Shown: in pieces, positions 42,041-52,864 of the stretch | Layout: every line of letters starts with the position of its first letter | How positions within the stretch are numbered: the first letter of the stretch is position 1 | NCBI GenBank assembly: GCA_963727775.1 | Contig: CAVSHB010000002.1 | Span: forward strand, 1-64,000 | Direction: 5' to 3' | DNA from: an uncultured Nitrospiraceae bacterium | GTDB taxonomy: Bacteria > Nitrospirota > Thermodesulfovibrionia > Thermodesulfovibrionales > SM23-35 | DNA: 64,000 nt | Position numbers and translations under genes: made by a program | Notes under the pieces: generated by a model | Seen by the model: only the letters and a program-made list of their open reading frames with translations | Database searches by the model: none | What the model was told of the DNA's origin: nothing

Positions 42041-42176
42041 TAACGTACTTTAATGGGAGCTTTAGGAAGTGACGGCTTATAGAGTTATGATAGGCTCACA
42101 AAGTGGTGCCTTGCCAACCCATTGATTATCTGTTATTTTTTAGTGTAGCATTAAGGCAGTATCCCTTTTCAGGGCT

Positions 42177-42192
42177 TGGCATAAAGATTGCA
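42177..42192 (+). promoter_or_regulatory. Sigma54 (-24/-12) promoter of the pilin gene
   Basis: TGGCATA-AAGA-TTGCA matches TGGCACG-N4-TTGCW. Confidence 0.8.
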
Positions 42193-42311
42193 TGTTTAAA
42201 GTAAAGCGAATCTGAAGGAGGTGATGCTCTTAAGGTTTATCGGTCATCAGGTGGCAAATTGGTCATTGATTAATGACTGGAGATTAAAATTCATTAAGAA
42301 GGAGGGTTTAA

Positions 42312-42839
42312 ATGTTTAAGACAATTCATAAGATGAAAGTTGCGGAAGAGAGAGGTTTTACCCTGATTGAGTTGCTCATAGTCGTGGCGATTATCGGGAT
42401 TCTTGCAGCCATAGCAATTCCGGGGTATATCGGCATGCAGGAGAAATCTAAGAAGGGCGCCTTAATCAGATCTGCAACAGCGGTAGGTCCTGAATTACAG
42501 GGGTGGCTTGTAGCCTCTGGGAATCCAAATGGTGTCTTAATTGAAGTTGATTCGAACTTCAATGGAACGATTGACACTGCCGATGTGGCTGATTCCGCTC
42601 TTGTTGGTAAAGTTGCGAATCTATACGTTTCCGGAAAAATTGCTATGACTAAACCCGAAACGTCACCGTGGAACTCTACTCAGAACCTTTGGGTTTATGG
42701 CGGCGCCGCGAGTACACTGCCAAACGTAGCAGCAGTTAATGGGGCAGTAAGTCTCTATGATTTGTCGCCTGGTGTCGGGATCATAGCAATGGACTCTACG
42801 GGCAACGTCGCGTATTCGAAAGTTATAGGCGCTGATTAA
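42312..42839 (+). CDS. Type IV pilin (probable major pilin)
   Basis: G|FTLIELLIVVAIIGILAAIAIPGY; AAGGAGG SD; sigma54 promoter. Confidence 0.9.
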   Translation: MFKTIHKMKVAEERGFTLIELLIVVAIIGILAAIAIPGYIGMQEKSKKGALIRSATAVGPELQGWLVASGNPNGVLIEVDSNFNGTIDTADVADSALVGKVANLYVSGKIAMTKPETSPWNSTQNLWVYGGAASTLPNVAAVNGAVSLYDLSPGVGIIAMDSTGNVAYSKVIGAD

Positions 42840-44734
42840 TTTTTACCGGACGGCAGGCGGGGAGGAGTTATCTTTCCCGCCTTTTTTTTTAATGCAAGAT
42901 ATGCTTCTAAGTAGTTGGCAATGGTCTCTTTCGAATCTAGATAGAGTGCGTGTCGGATATATTCCTCAACTGATTCATCAGAAGCCCCTTTCATCAACAG
43001 TGCAAAAGCTAAGGCAGAGTAAAGCTGGTGATGATTCGATATTCCAATCCCACTGACATTCTCCATGCCTATCTCGTCATATATCTTGCCCTTATCGAGG
43101 TTATATTTAGCTATAAGGTCCTTAAATTTCGGTATGTCTCTTACAAATATCATTTCTTTGCCGTCTAAGTAGACGAGCTTCCACTGATCATTTGTGACCA
43201 TTCGGATTGCAAAGGTATATAGCATGCCCGTGTAGACGTTGCATGCCTCATGAACTATTATGTCTATATTATGGGTATCAAGGAGGGTCAACCATCTTTC
43301 TTTCACCGGAAGATGTGCAGGCCTTTTCCCAAGTTTAAATTCGACCCGCCCGTACTCCTTCGGTAAAACGTCACTGATCGCATCTATTAAAGAATATTGA
43401 TCTCCGTTCCATCTCTCCGCGCTTTCTATCGCCTCTGTTTCAACGGTAGTTTTATAGCTAAGCCCCCGAGCATCCACAAAGGTTTTGAATTTAGGGTACA
43501 GCCTGTAGAGAAGGTAGCTTCCAATGTTATAGGAACAGAATATGTTTCCACCCTCCACATTATTAAGCAGAAATTGAGTAGCCCGTTTGGGGTAAAGCCT
43601 TGTCTCGGGCAATTCTTTGAAATATCGAAGACTCCTATACACTGGACGGACGAGAGATCCGCACCAGCACAAAACAAGAATCAACGACACTGCCGCCGCA
43701 AGGAATTTTAGTTTCTTAAGTCTGGTGAAATTTTCAAAGTTGACTATATTAAACCCGTACTGCCCGCTGATGAGAAGCCCAGTTATAACATAAAAAGGTA
43801 AAAACCTTACTGCCGATAATGATATATAAAGGGCAAAGAATATCATTGCCAAATGCGTTAGATCTAACCGCCTGAGATTGAGGACAAGAAGAACAAGGCT
43901 GTATCCCACAATGGCCCAGAAGATAAAATCGTTTTTGTTTACAAAAGGGCCAGCTGTTTCCTTGAGGGGTGGAAGATACTCTCTTATCATATTTGCATAA
44001 TTGTTCATAGTCGCAAGCGTAATGGTGAGGGCTCTGTAAGTGTTTGGATTCAAGTAAGAGACGAGTATGGAGATAAGACCTATCGCTACCAATGGCAAAA
44101 GCTTGTCTTCGGATAACGATCCTGAGTATTTCCGCAAGAAAAAATACTTAACGGCTTCAGATAGGCAATAGATTACTATCGTTATATTGCCGAAAATATA
44201 GCCACCATGCAGATTGGCCCATAAGAGCATTAACAACGGAATAAAAAGAATGGATTTTATGGAAGAAAATTTCTTGAAGTTTTCTAAAAGCGCAATCACT
44301 ACCGCTGCAAAGAAGAAAGAAAAGAGCTGGGGTCTGTCAGTTGCATAATTGAGGAACAGCGTCGCGGCAAGATAAAGGATACCGATTTTTACTAATATCG
44401 GCGTTTCTTTCATGAAATACCATAAGATAACGATAATTCCTGTGAGTAGCAAACTTCTCATCAGAATGATGCTGACGGGCCCTGTCAGTGTAAAGAATAT
44501 ATAAAAAATGACCTGTGCCAACCAATACTGTGATAGGATGAATCTTGCAAACATATCTCCGGCTGCAACGATTGAAAAAGGATCGGTCTTAGGGATTTCC
44601 CCGTGCTGATAGATGTACTCTCCTGTCTTGAGATGCCAGGCGAAATCCCCATCTACAATTGGAGAAATAAAACTGAGGAGAGCTGATATGAAAAAAAGAA
44701 TTGCGATCGTATTTTTTAATTTAGAATTTATCAT
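42836..44734 (-). CDS. Polytopic membrane protein, GT-C fold glycosyltransferase-like
   Basis: About 12 hydrophobic segments; DGDFAWHLKTG, DPFS, WLAQ, RPQLFS, LWANLHGG motifs; soluble C-terminal domain. Confidence 0.65.
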   Translation of the reverse strand: MINSKLKNTIAILFFISALLSFISPIVDGDFAWHLKTGEYIYQHGEIPKTDPFSIVAAGDMFARFILSQYWLAQVIFYIFFTLTGPVSIILMRSLLLTGIIVILWYFMKETPILVKIGILYLAATLFLNYATDRPQLFSFFFAAVVIALLENFKKFSSIKSILFIPLLMLLWANLHGGYIFGNITIVIYCLSEAVKYFFLRKYSGSLSEDKLLPLVAIGLISILVSYLNPNTYRALTITLATMNNYANMIREYLPPLKETAGPFVNKNDFIFWAIVGYSLVLLVLNLRRLDLTHLAMIFFALYISLSAVRFLPFYVITGLLISGQYGFNIVNFENFTRLKKLKFLAAAVSLILVLCWCGSLVRPVYRSLRYFKELPETRLYPKRATQFLLNNVEGGNIFCSYNIGSYLLYRLYPKFKTFVDARGLSYKTTVETEAIESAERWNGDQYSLIDAISDVLPKEYGRVEFKLGKRPAHLPVKERWLTLLDTHNIDIIVHEACNVYTGMLYTFAIRMVTNDQWKLVYLDGKEMIFVRDIPKFKDLIAKYNLDKGKIYDEIGMENVSGIGISNHHQLYSALAFALLMKGASDESVEEYIRHALYLDSKETIANYLEAYLALKKKAGKITPPRLPSGKN

Positions 44735-44801
44735 GTTACAATATACAATAAATATAATAATTTACTAAACGACCAAAAGTAAAAGCAGAGGAGAAGAAAC
44801 A

Positions 44802-45263
44802 GTGAAGAGAGAAAAAGGATTTACTTTGGTAGAGTTAATGGTTGTCATTGCTATTATCGGTATTCTCGCTACAATCGCGATACCGATGTATACCGGCAGT
44901 CTATTAAAATCCACGCGAACAGAGGCATACTCCAATCTCCAGAACTTGAGGCTCCTCGAGGAGCAGTTTTATGCAGACAATGCCAGATATACTGTCAGCT
45001 TAGGTACATGTGCAAAAGATAATCCCGGGAATGTGCAACAAATATATCAGGGAGGCGCTGTTGCTGATCCTACAAATGCTCTTACCGGATTCAAGCCGGG
45101 GCCGGGAAACACATTGAATTTTAGTTACTGCATTGAGCAAAATATTGTCCTTGCCGGCGGTGCTCAGACACCGTGCTTTAGAGCTTCTGCGTTTGGCAAC
45201 ACAGGCTCAAGGGTAAATGGTGATAAATTTCAAATAGACTGCACTAACAACAGAAACTTTTAA
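44802..45263 (+). CDS. Type IV pilin (PilE-like minor pilin)
   Basis: GTG start, G|FTLVELMVVIAIIGILATIAIPMY, R.EA...L....EQFY.DN..Y, C-terminal Cys residues. Confidence 0.9.
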   Translation: MKREKGFTLVELMVVIAIIGILATIAIPMYTGSLLKSTRTEAYSNLQNLRLLEEQFYADNARYTVSLGTCAKDNPGNVQQIYQGGAVADPTNALTGFKPGPGNTLNFSYCIEQNIVLAGGAQTPCFRASAFGNTGSRVNGDKFQIDCTNNRNF

Positions 45264-45296
45264 CCTTCGCTCTGACCCACTGGAATACTTATAATA

Positions 45297-46019
45297 TTAC
45301 TTTTTCCTTGCAATACCGACCAGTGAGGTCCCGATAGGTAATGGAACGCCCTTTGAAATAACTCTTTCTATCTCAAAAAGCCCGGAAAGCAGCATGTTTG
45401 TAATTTTATTTATTTTAAAGAGGTCGTTGCCTTTTTTGCCTTTGCCGCGCATGTATTTCATGGGCAGATAAAGCGACATAAATAAATAATCTGTTATCAG
45501 TGTATTCAAGTGTAATTCCATGAAAATTTTTCTTAATCCTTCCTTTGCATATCTCCTTTTATGCAAGGAAATCTCGTCAAACCAACTCCATAGCTCTTCC
45601 CTTGCAGGAACTGTTATTACGACAATACCTTTGTCCTTAACCACCCTAACAGCCTCTTGGAGCAGAGTGATTTCATCTTCAAAGTGTTCAATCACGTCGA
45701 AGAGCCCAATTACATCGAAGCTGTTGTCTTCAAACGGAAGGCCATTGGCATCACCTTGAATTATTTGAAAACTGGGCCAAGCTCTGCTAATTGCTTCAGA
45801 ATAATACTCGCATCCAGTAACCTGATAACCTTTTCTTGCCAGGAAACTGCTCACATTGCCTGTACCGCAACCAATCTCAAGGATTTTTGCCGGCGGGAGG
45901 ACGAACTTCTTGATTCGATCAAAAATCCATTTTCTACGAATGCGAAACCAAAAATGTTTTTCTTCAACATTTCTCAGTCGATCAAAAAAAGAAGGATTAT
46001 ATGTATCAATCTGTGTCAT
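45297..46019 (-). CDS. Class I SAM-dependent methyltransferase
   Basis: HFWF, LEIGCGTG, LPFEDNSFD, FDVIEH, D....HKRRY. Confidence 0.9.
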   Translation of the reverse strand: MTQIDTYNPSFFDRLRNVEEKHFWFRIRRKWIFDRIKKFVLPPAKILEIGCGTGNVSSFLARKGYQVTGCEYYSEAISRAWPSFQIIQGDANGLPFEDNSFDVIGLFDVIEHFEDEITLLQEAVRVVKDKGIVVITVPAREELWSWFDEISLHKRRYAKEGLRKIFMELHLNTLITDYLFMSLYLPMKYMRGKGKKGNDLFKINKITNMLLSGLFEIERVISKGVPLPIGTSLVGIARKK

Positions 46020-46048
46020 AGATATAGCAGTAAAAATATGTCCGGCAC

Positions 46049-46762
46049 CTACAAAATCTTTCCGAAAATCATATCGTATTCTTTAACAAAAAAGCCTATC
46101 TTGATATAGAAATTTAGCGCCTCAAGATTCTTTAACTGTGTCCTCACGGTAACTAATGAAATTTTTTGACTCCTAAACCATTCCATCGCCTTTTTTATGA
46201 GAGCTGTCCCGAAACCTTTGCCTCTAAGACCTTTCTTTATGCCGATAAGGACAATCGAGCCAGAATTTTTCTCCGATTTTCTGCACGTGATAAATCCCGT
46301 TTGAGGAATCCAATAAGTTATGTCAGCAGCCTGTCCTTCCACTGAATTTTCTACCCATACTTGATATAGTCTTTCTGCCATTGCTTTCGAAAAAAATGGG
46401 TCGCTATAAAATCGGCTTTCGATAAAAAGTGATTTGATCATTCTCTTTAGCGTGGAAATATCTTGGGTATACGCAGGCCTTACAGTCTTCGTGACGGTCA
46501 AATCTTCTAAATTCCTCTGAAAAAACATATCGGTTTTTGTTACTAATGTTACGCCGATGTCTGTCAGGTAAAATCCAGATGATTCCAGAAGCCTGTTTAA
46601 CGAAGTATTCTGAGCTCTCATCTTACAGGTAATATAATCGAATCTATTCTCCTTTGCCTTATTAAGAACTTCTTTCAAATAGGATGGTTTTTGAGAAACC
46701 ATAATGAATTCACCTATTTTCTTTTTGAAAAGAGTACTATCCCATAGTAATTCTTTAATCAT
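46049..46762 (-). CDS. GNAT acetyltransferase, WecD/RffC-like (TDP-aminosugar N-acetyltransferase)
   Basis: L.WDS..F, SRFYSDPFF, LY..W.EN, RGKGFG, V.TQ..N..A..FY.K.GF. Confidence 0.8.
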   Translation of the reverse strand: MIKELLWDSTLFKKKIGEFIMVSQKPSYLKEVLNKAKENRFDYITCKMRAQNTSLNRLLESSGFYLTDIGVTLVTKTDMFFQRNLEDLTVTKTVRPAYTQDISTLKRMIKSLFIESRFYSDPFFSKAMAERLYQVWVENSVEGQAADITYWIPQTGFITCRKSEKNSGSIVLIGIKKGLRGKGFGTALIKKAMEWFRSQKISLVTVRTQLKNLEALNFYIKIGFFVKEYDMIFGKIL

Positions 46763-46767
46763 GAAAA

Positions 46768-47733
46768 TTAAAAAAGAGATTCCTTTAGAATATAAAGCGG
46801 CCTTCTCTGAACTTCTTGATAAGTTCTTCCAAGATATTCGCCGAATAGCCCAAGAACAAGTAATTGTACTCCACCAACAAAGAAGATTGAAATAATGATC
46901 GATGCATACCCTAAAACCGGGATACCAAAAAATATTTTCTGATAAATAAATAATATTCCTATAATAAAGCTGATAAAAGCACTTACAAAACCCATATATA
47001 TGGCGAGTTTTAAAGGTACGGTTGAGAAAGATGTGACTGCATGAAATGCAAGCCTGAACATTTTGGGAATATTATATTTGCTTTTTCCTCTAGTCCTCGG
47101 ATTATGTTGGATTTCTAATGTGGTTGTTTTGAACCCCGCCCATGCTATAAGTCCATGAATAAACCGCGCTTGTTCTCTCATCTCCTTTAATATATTAACA
47201 AGCCTTTTACTTAATATCCTTAACATAGTCTGTCCCTGAGGAATATCAACACCTGAAAATTTTCGCAATATCCACCAGAATGCATATGAAGTCACTCTCT
47301 TGAGAAAAGAGTCTCTTCTGTGTTGTCTTATTCCGTAAACTACATCATAACCTTCCTTAAATTTTTCGAAAAGTTTCGGTATTTCCTCGGGCGGATCCTG
47401 AAGATCACCATCCATCAGGATTATGGCTTTGCCTCTTGCGTAATCAAGTCCGGCAGTAATTGCTAAGTGGTGCCCGAAGTTTCTCGAAAAGCTTATCCCT
47501 TTTACTCTTTGGTCTTCTTTATTGAGTTCTTTGATCGAATGCCAAGAATGATCCTTACTGCCGTCATCTACCATGATGACTTCATAGCTATCCATAGGAT
47601 ACTTCAAGTTGTAACATAATCCTTCCATTACGCCGGTCAATCTTTTATATAATTCCGAGATATTCTCCTCCTCGTTATATATTGGGATAACAATTGAAAA
47701 TTCGAGAGATGAGTCTTGTGCTTTATTTGTCAT
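46768..47733 (-). CDS. GT2 polyprenol-phosphate glycosyltransferase (GtrB/ArnC-like)
   Basis: IPIYNEEENI, VDDGSKD, SRNFGH, MDGDLQDPPE, two C-terminal TMs, GEYLGR...RPLY. Confidence 0.92.
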   Translation of the reverse strand: MTNKAQDSSLEFSIVIPIYNEEENISELYKRLTGVMEGLCYNLKYPMDSYEVIMVDDGSKDHSWHSIKELNKEDQRVKGISFSRNFGHHLAITAGLDYARGKAIILMDGDLQDPPEEIPKLFEKFKEGYDVVYGIRQHRRDSFLKRVTSYAFWWILRKFSGVDIPQGQTMLRILSKRLVNILKEMREQARFIHGLIAWAGFKTTTLEIQHNPRTRGKSKYNIPKMFRLAFHAVTSFSTVPLKLAIYMGFVSAFISFIIGILFIYQKIFFGIPVLGYASIIISIFFVGGVQLLVLGLFGEYLGRTYQEVQRRPLYILKESLF

Positions 47734-47788
47734 TTTGTATGAATATATGAATTGATGCTATTTATAAAATTATTTTATAATATTTGAA

Positions 47789-48919
47789 TTGAAAAAAATA
47801 GAGTTTTTCCAACACAATATTGATAATAAAGATATTGAGAGGGTTTGCCGGGTTCTTAAGTCAATATTTCTTACAACCGGCAAAGAAGTTGAGGAATTTG
47901 AGCATAAATTTTCTCATTATATCAATCTTCAACACACCATAGGCCTTACCAGTTGTACTGCTGCCCTCCATCTGAGCTTACTTTCGCTTGAAATCGGCCC
48001 AGGAGATGAGGTTATTACAACGCCGATGAGTTTTTGCGCAACAGCCAATGCTATTCTGCACGCAGGAGCAAAGCCTGTATTTGTAGATGTTGAAGAAGAA
48101 ACCGGAAATCTAAACGCAGATCTTATCGAACCGGCCATAACAAAGAATACAAAGGCAATTATACCCGTGCATCTTTACGGTCAGATGTGCGATATGAAAA
48201 AAATAAAAGCTTTGGCGGTAAAATATAATTTAAAGATTATTGAGGATGCCGCTCATGCCATCGAAGCTTCAAGAGATAATGTACGGGTCGGGGAACTCGC
48301 CGACACAGTTTGCTTCAGTTTTTATGCTACAAAGAATATTACATCAGGGGAAGGCGGGGCAATAAGCAGTAACGATAAAAAATTGGCCGGTACACTCAAG
48401 ATGTTAAGACTTCACGGCATAGACAAAGGTGCTTCGGATAGATATACAAAGAGATACAAACATTGGGACATGCCTTTGCTCGGATGGAAATATAATATGG
48501 ATAATATTCAAGCAGCCCTCCTTATTGGTCAACTTGAGCGTATTGAGGATATGTGGCAAAGAAGAGACAAGCTATGGAAGTTTTACATTCAGGAGTTGAA
48601 ATCCGTCAAAGGCGTAAGCCCCATAAAAACTCTTAAATTTGTAAAACATGCCCGACACCTTTTTACTTTACTGGTTCCCCAGCGTAAGAGAGATATATTG
48701 CTTTGGTCACTTCAGGAGCGCGGAATTGGTATAGCCGTTAATTATAAGCCTATTCACCTTTTGGCCTACTATAAAAAACGGTTTGGATATCGAGAAGGCG
48801 CTTATCCTGTGGCTGAAGAAATCGGGGCAAGAACTATATCTCTTCCTCTATATCCTTTGTTGAAGGAGATGGAGATCAAGTATATAATTCGGAAATTAAA
48901 AGAACAAATCGATAATTAA
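47789..48919 (-). CDS. DegT/DnrJ/EryC1/StrS PLP aminotransferase
   Basis: SCTAALHL, PVHLYG, EDAAHA, FSFYATKNITSGEGG, SLPLYP. Confidence 0.93.
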
Positions 48920-48935
48920 AATTTAGGGGGGCTTT

Positions 48936-49964
48936 ATGAAGACTATCTTGGTCACAGGTGGCGCCGGTTTTATTGGAAGTAACTTTGTTGATTACATTTT
49001 CAGAAAATACACTGATTACAGAATACTTGTTCTCGATCTCCTTACGTATGCAGGTGACATAGAGAATATTCCTAAAGATGTGAGGAACTCAGACAGGTTT
49101 GAGTTTTGGTATGGTGATCTAAACAACCTTGATTTGGTAAGCGATCTTGTCGCCAAGTCCGACATAGTTGTACACTTTGCGGCAGAGACTCATGTGGCCC
49201 GTTCCCTTTACTCTCATAGAGTCTTTTTTGTCACAGATGTCCTTGGCACTCAGTCGGTTGCAAATGCAGTGCTTAAACATTCTGATAGAATAGATAGATT
49301 CATACACATATCCACTTCAGAGGTATATGGCACTGCACTGTATGAACCGATGGATGAAAATCACCCTCTTAATCCCACAAGCCCATATGCAGCAGCAAAA
49401 GCAGGCGCAGACAGATTAGTATATTCATATATACTTGCCCACGATTTACCCGGTGTAATCATAAGGCCGTTTAATAACTACGGTCCCAGGCAGCATCTTG
49501 AGAAAGTTATCCCGCGATTCATTACGAGTTGCATCCTTGGAGAGCCCCTGACAATCCATGGGGATGGCTCTGCGTCAAGAGACTGGGTTTACACTTCAGA
49601 CACCCTCAAGGCAGTGGATTTGGCCATCCATGTTTCTCTGAGTAAGGTGAGAGGAGAAGTATTTAATATCGGCACAGGAAAAAGTTACACAGTGCTTCAA
49701 ATTGCCCATGAATTACTTAACGTCTTTGGCCTACACGAACACGATCTTTATTTTATGGAAGACCGCTATGGACAGGTTCAGAAGCACATTGCATCTTATG
49801 AAAAGGCTAAAAAGATACTGGGCTTTGTCCCCGAAATAAGCTTTGAAGAGGGACTTAAACATACTATTCACTGGTATAAAGAGAATAGTGGACTTTGGGA
49901 AAAACAGATACCGTTGAGACGCGTACCTATAAAGGCAAAAGATGGTTCAATAACCTGGTATTAA
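48936..49964 (+). CDS. rfbB: dTDP-glucose 4,6-dehydratase-like SDR
   Basis: VTGGAGFIGSNF, DLLTYAG, HFAAETHV, STSEVYG, SPYAAAKA, NNYGPRQH.EK.IP. Confidence 0.85.
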   Translation: MKTILVTGGAGFIGSNFVDYIFRKYTDYRILVLDLLTYAGDIENIPKDVRNSDRFEFWYGDLNNLDLVSDLVAKSDIVVHFAAETHVARSLYSHRVFFVTDVLGTQSVANAVLKHSDRIDRFIHISTSEVYGTALYEPMDENHPLNPTSPYAAAKAGADRLVYSYILAHDLPGVIIRPFNNYGPRQHLEKVIPRFITSCILGEPLTIHGDGSASRDWVYTSDTLKAVDLAIHVSLSKVRGEVFNIGTGKSYTVLQIAHELLNVFGLHEHDLYFMEDRYGQVQKHIASYEKAKKILGFVPEISFEEGLKHTIHWYKENSGLWEKQIPLRRVPIKAKDGSITWY

Positions 49965-50105
49965 TAATATCATTATTCAAAATCCACAAATCAAAAAATA
50001 CAACTTGAAAAATATTTTAAAAAATTTCTTGACAACATGCCGGTTTTTTCGGTATCTTTTTAATTCTAATAAGTAAATACGGTAGCATAGAAGGGGGGTA
50101 GAGAA

Positions 50106-50528
50106 TTGTATGCTTTAGGAACTCATTTATTAATAGAATTGCGGGAGTGCAATCCCGAGATTCTGAAGAGCCTTGATAAGGTCAGAAATGCATTGGTCTC
50201 GGCCGCCAAAGAGGCCAAAGCAACTATAGTAGACGTTTCCTTCCACGAATTTAATCCCTTTGGCATCAGCGGAGTTGTTGTCATAGCGGAATCCCATCTA
50301 ACGATTCATACATGGCCCGAATATGCTTATGCAGCCGTTGATATCTTTACCTGCGGAGATATTATAAAACCGGAAACAGCCGCCTCGTATCTAATAGACC
50401 AATTTGAATGCAAGAGTCCCTCTGTTGTCGAGATGAAGAGAGGAATTATTTCTCACGGAGACCAGAAGCTGCCCCATAAGGTTTCTTCTGCCTCCGAGAC
50501 TAATTTTTATCAGACAATAACCAGTTAG
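50106..50528 (+). CDS. speD: S-adenosylmethionine decarboxylase proenzyme
   Basis: G.HL, VIAESHLTIHTWPE, DIFTCG. Confidence 0.95.
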   Translation: MYALGTHLLIELRECNPEILKSLDKVRNALVSAAKEAKATIVDVSFHEFNPFGISGVVVIAESHLTIHTWPEYAYAAVDIFTCGDIIKPETAASYLIDQFECKSPSVVEMKRGIISHGDQKLPHKVSSASETNFYQTITS

Positions 50529-50544
50529 GATTGACGGCATTTCG

Positions 50545-51777
50545 TCAATCTACCCGATTTGTTAAGGCCGCAATCCCGGGGAGTTCTTTGCCTTCGAGAA
50601 GCTGAAGAGAGGCCCCGCCGCCGGTTGATATGAATGATATCGAGTCGGAGACACCGGCTCTATGCACAGCGAGGTCGGTATCCCCGCCGCCGACAATTGT
50701 GAGGGCGTAGGCATCCGAGACCGCGCGGGCTATATCAAAGGTTCCCCTCGAGAATATATCCATCTCGAACATGCCCATCGGGCCGTTCCACAAAATTGTC
50801 TTTGCATCCTGCAATGCAACGGTAAAAAGCTTGACAGAAGCAGGCCCGATATCAAGGGCCTTCCATCCCTTTGGGATCTCCTGAGTCGGTACGATCTTGA
50901 TTACTGCGCCGGGTTCGGTATTCTGAGCAATCACACAATCTACAGGCAAATAAAACTTTATCCCGTTTTCTATCAGCTTCTTTCTTATCCTCTCTGCTGT
51001 CTCCAGCATGCCGTCCTCAACCAGAGAGTCGCCAATTTCGTTCCCCATCGCCTTTATAAAAGTAAAGGCCATACCTCCTCCGACTAAGACTTTATCGACG
51101 TGGCCCACAAGGTGCTCAAGAACACCGATCTTTCCGGAAACCTTTGCCCCTCCGAGGATTGCAATGAAAGGTTTGACTGGATTATCTATTGCCCCTTTCA
51201 GATATTCTATTTCTTTCTTCAACAGTAACCCTGCTGCAGAGGGAAGAAATTTGGTAATACCGACGGTAGATGCATGGGCCCTATGCGCCGCCCCAAAGGC
51301 ATCATTCACATAGACATCCGCCAGTTTCGCTAAAGCACGTGCAAAATCCTCATCGTTGTTCTCTTCCCCGGGGTGATACCTCAGGTTTTCGAGGAGAATC
51401 ACATCTCCCTCATTCATTTTTGAGACAATATTTTCGACCTGGCTCCCGACACAATCAGGCGCAAAGGTGACCTCTTTATTGAGAAGCCTCTGAAGTCTTT
51501 TCGCCACAGGGGCAAGGCTGTATCTGGGGTCTACCTTTCCCTTCGGCCTTCCGAGATGTGAAGAGAGTATGACTTTTGCTCCTTCGTCAATGGCATAGTT
51601 TATGGTGGGGAGTGTCGATCGTATCCTTCTGTCATCGGTGATCATCAGATTATCGTCGAGAGGAACATTAAAATCCGCTCTGATAAAAACCCTTTTCCCT
51701 TTGATCTCAAGGTCCTCTATGGTGAGCTTATTAAATACACCTTTAGCCAGCATAGGGTCTATGTCCTTCTTTTTCAT
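50545..51777 (-). CDS. pgk: Phosphoglycerate kinase
   Basis: RADFNVP, SHLGRP, LENLR, DAFGAAHR, WNGPMG, GGGD, STGGGA; start at 51777 or 51753. Confidence 0.97.
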   Translation of the reverse strand: MKKKDIDPMLAKGVFNKLTIEDLEIKGKRVFIRADFNVPLDDNLMITDDRRIRSTLPTINYAIDEGAKVILSSHLGRPKGKVDPRYSLAPVAKRLQRLLNKEVTFAPDCVGSQVENIVSKMNEGDVILLENLRYHPGEENNDEDFARALAKLADVYVNDAFGAAHRAHASTVGITKFLPSAAGLLLKKEIEYLKGAIDNPVKPFIAILGGAKVSGKIGVLEHLVGHVDKVLVGGGMAFTFIKAMGNEIGDSLVEDGMLETAERIRKKLIENGIKFYLPVDCVIAQNTEPGAVIKIVPTQEIPKGWKALDIGPASVKLFTVALQDAKTILWNGPMGMFEMDIFSRGTFDIARAVSDAYALTIVGGGDTDLAVHRAGVSDSISFISTGGGASLQLLEGKELPGIAALTNRVD

Positions 51778-51779
51778 CG

Positions 51780-52811
<1,032 letters not shown>

Positions 52812-52864
52812 TTATAACGGAAAAGTTTAAAAATACGAAATTTGCCTGGGTGATATGTCAGACG

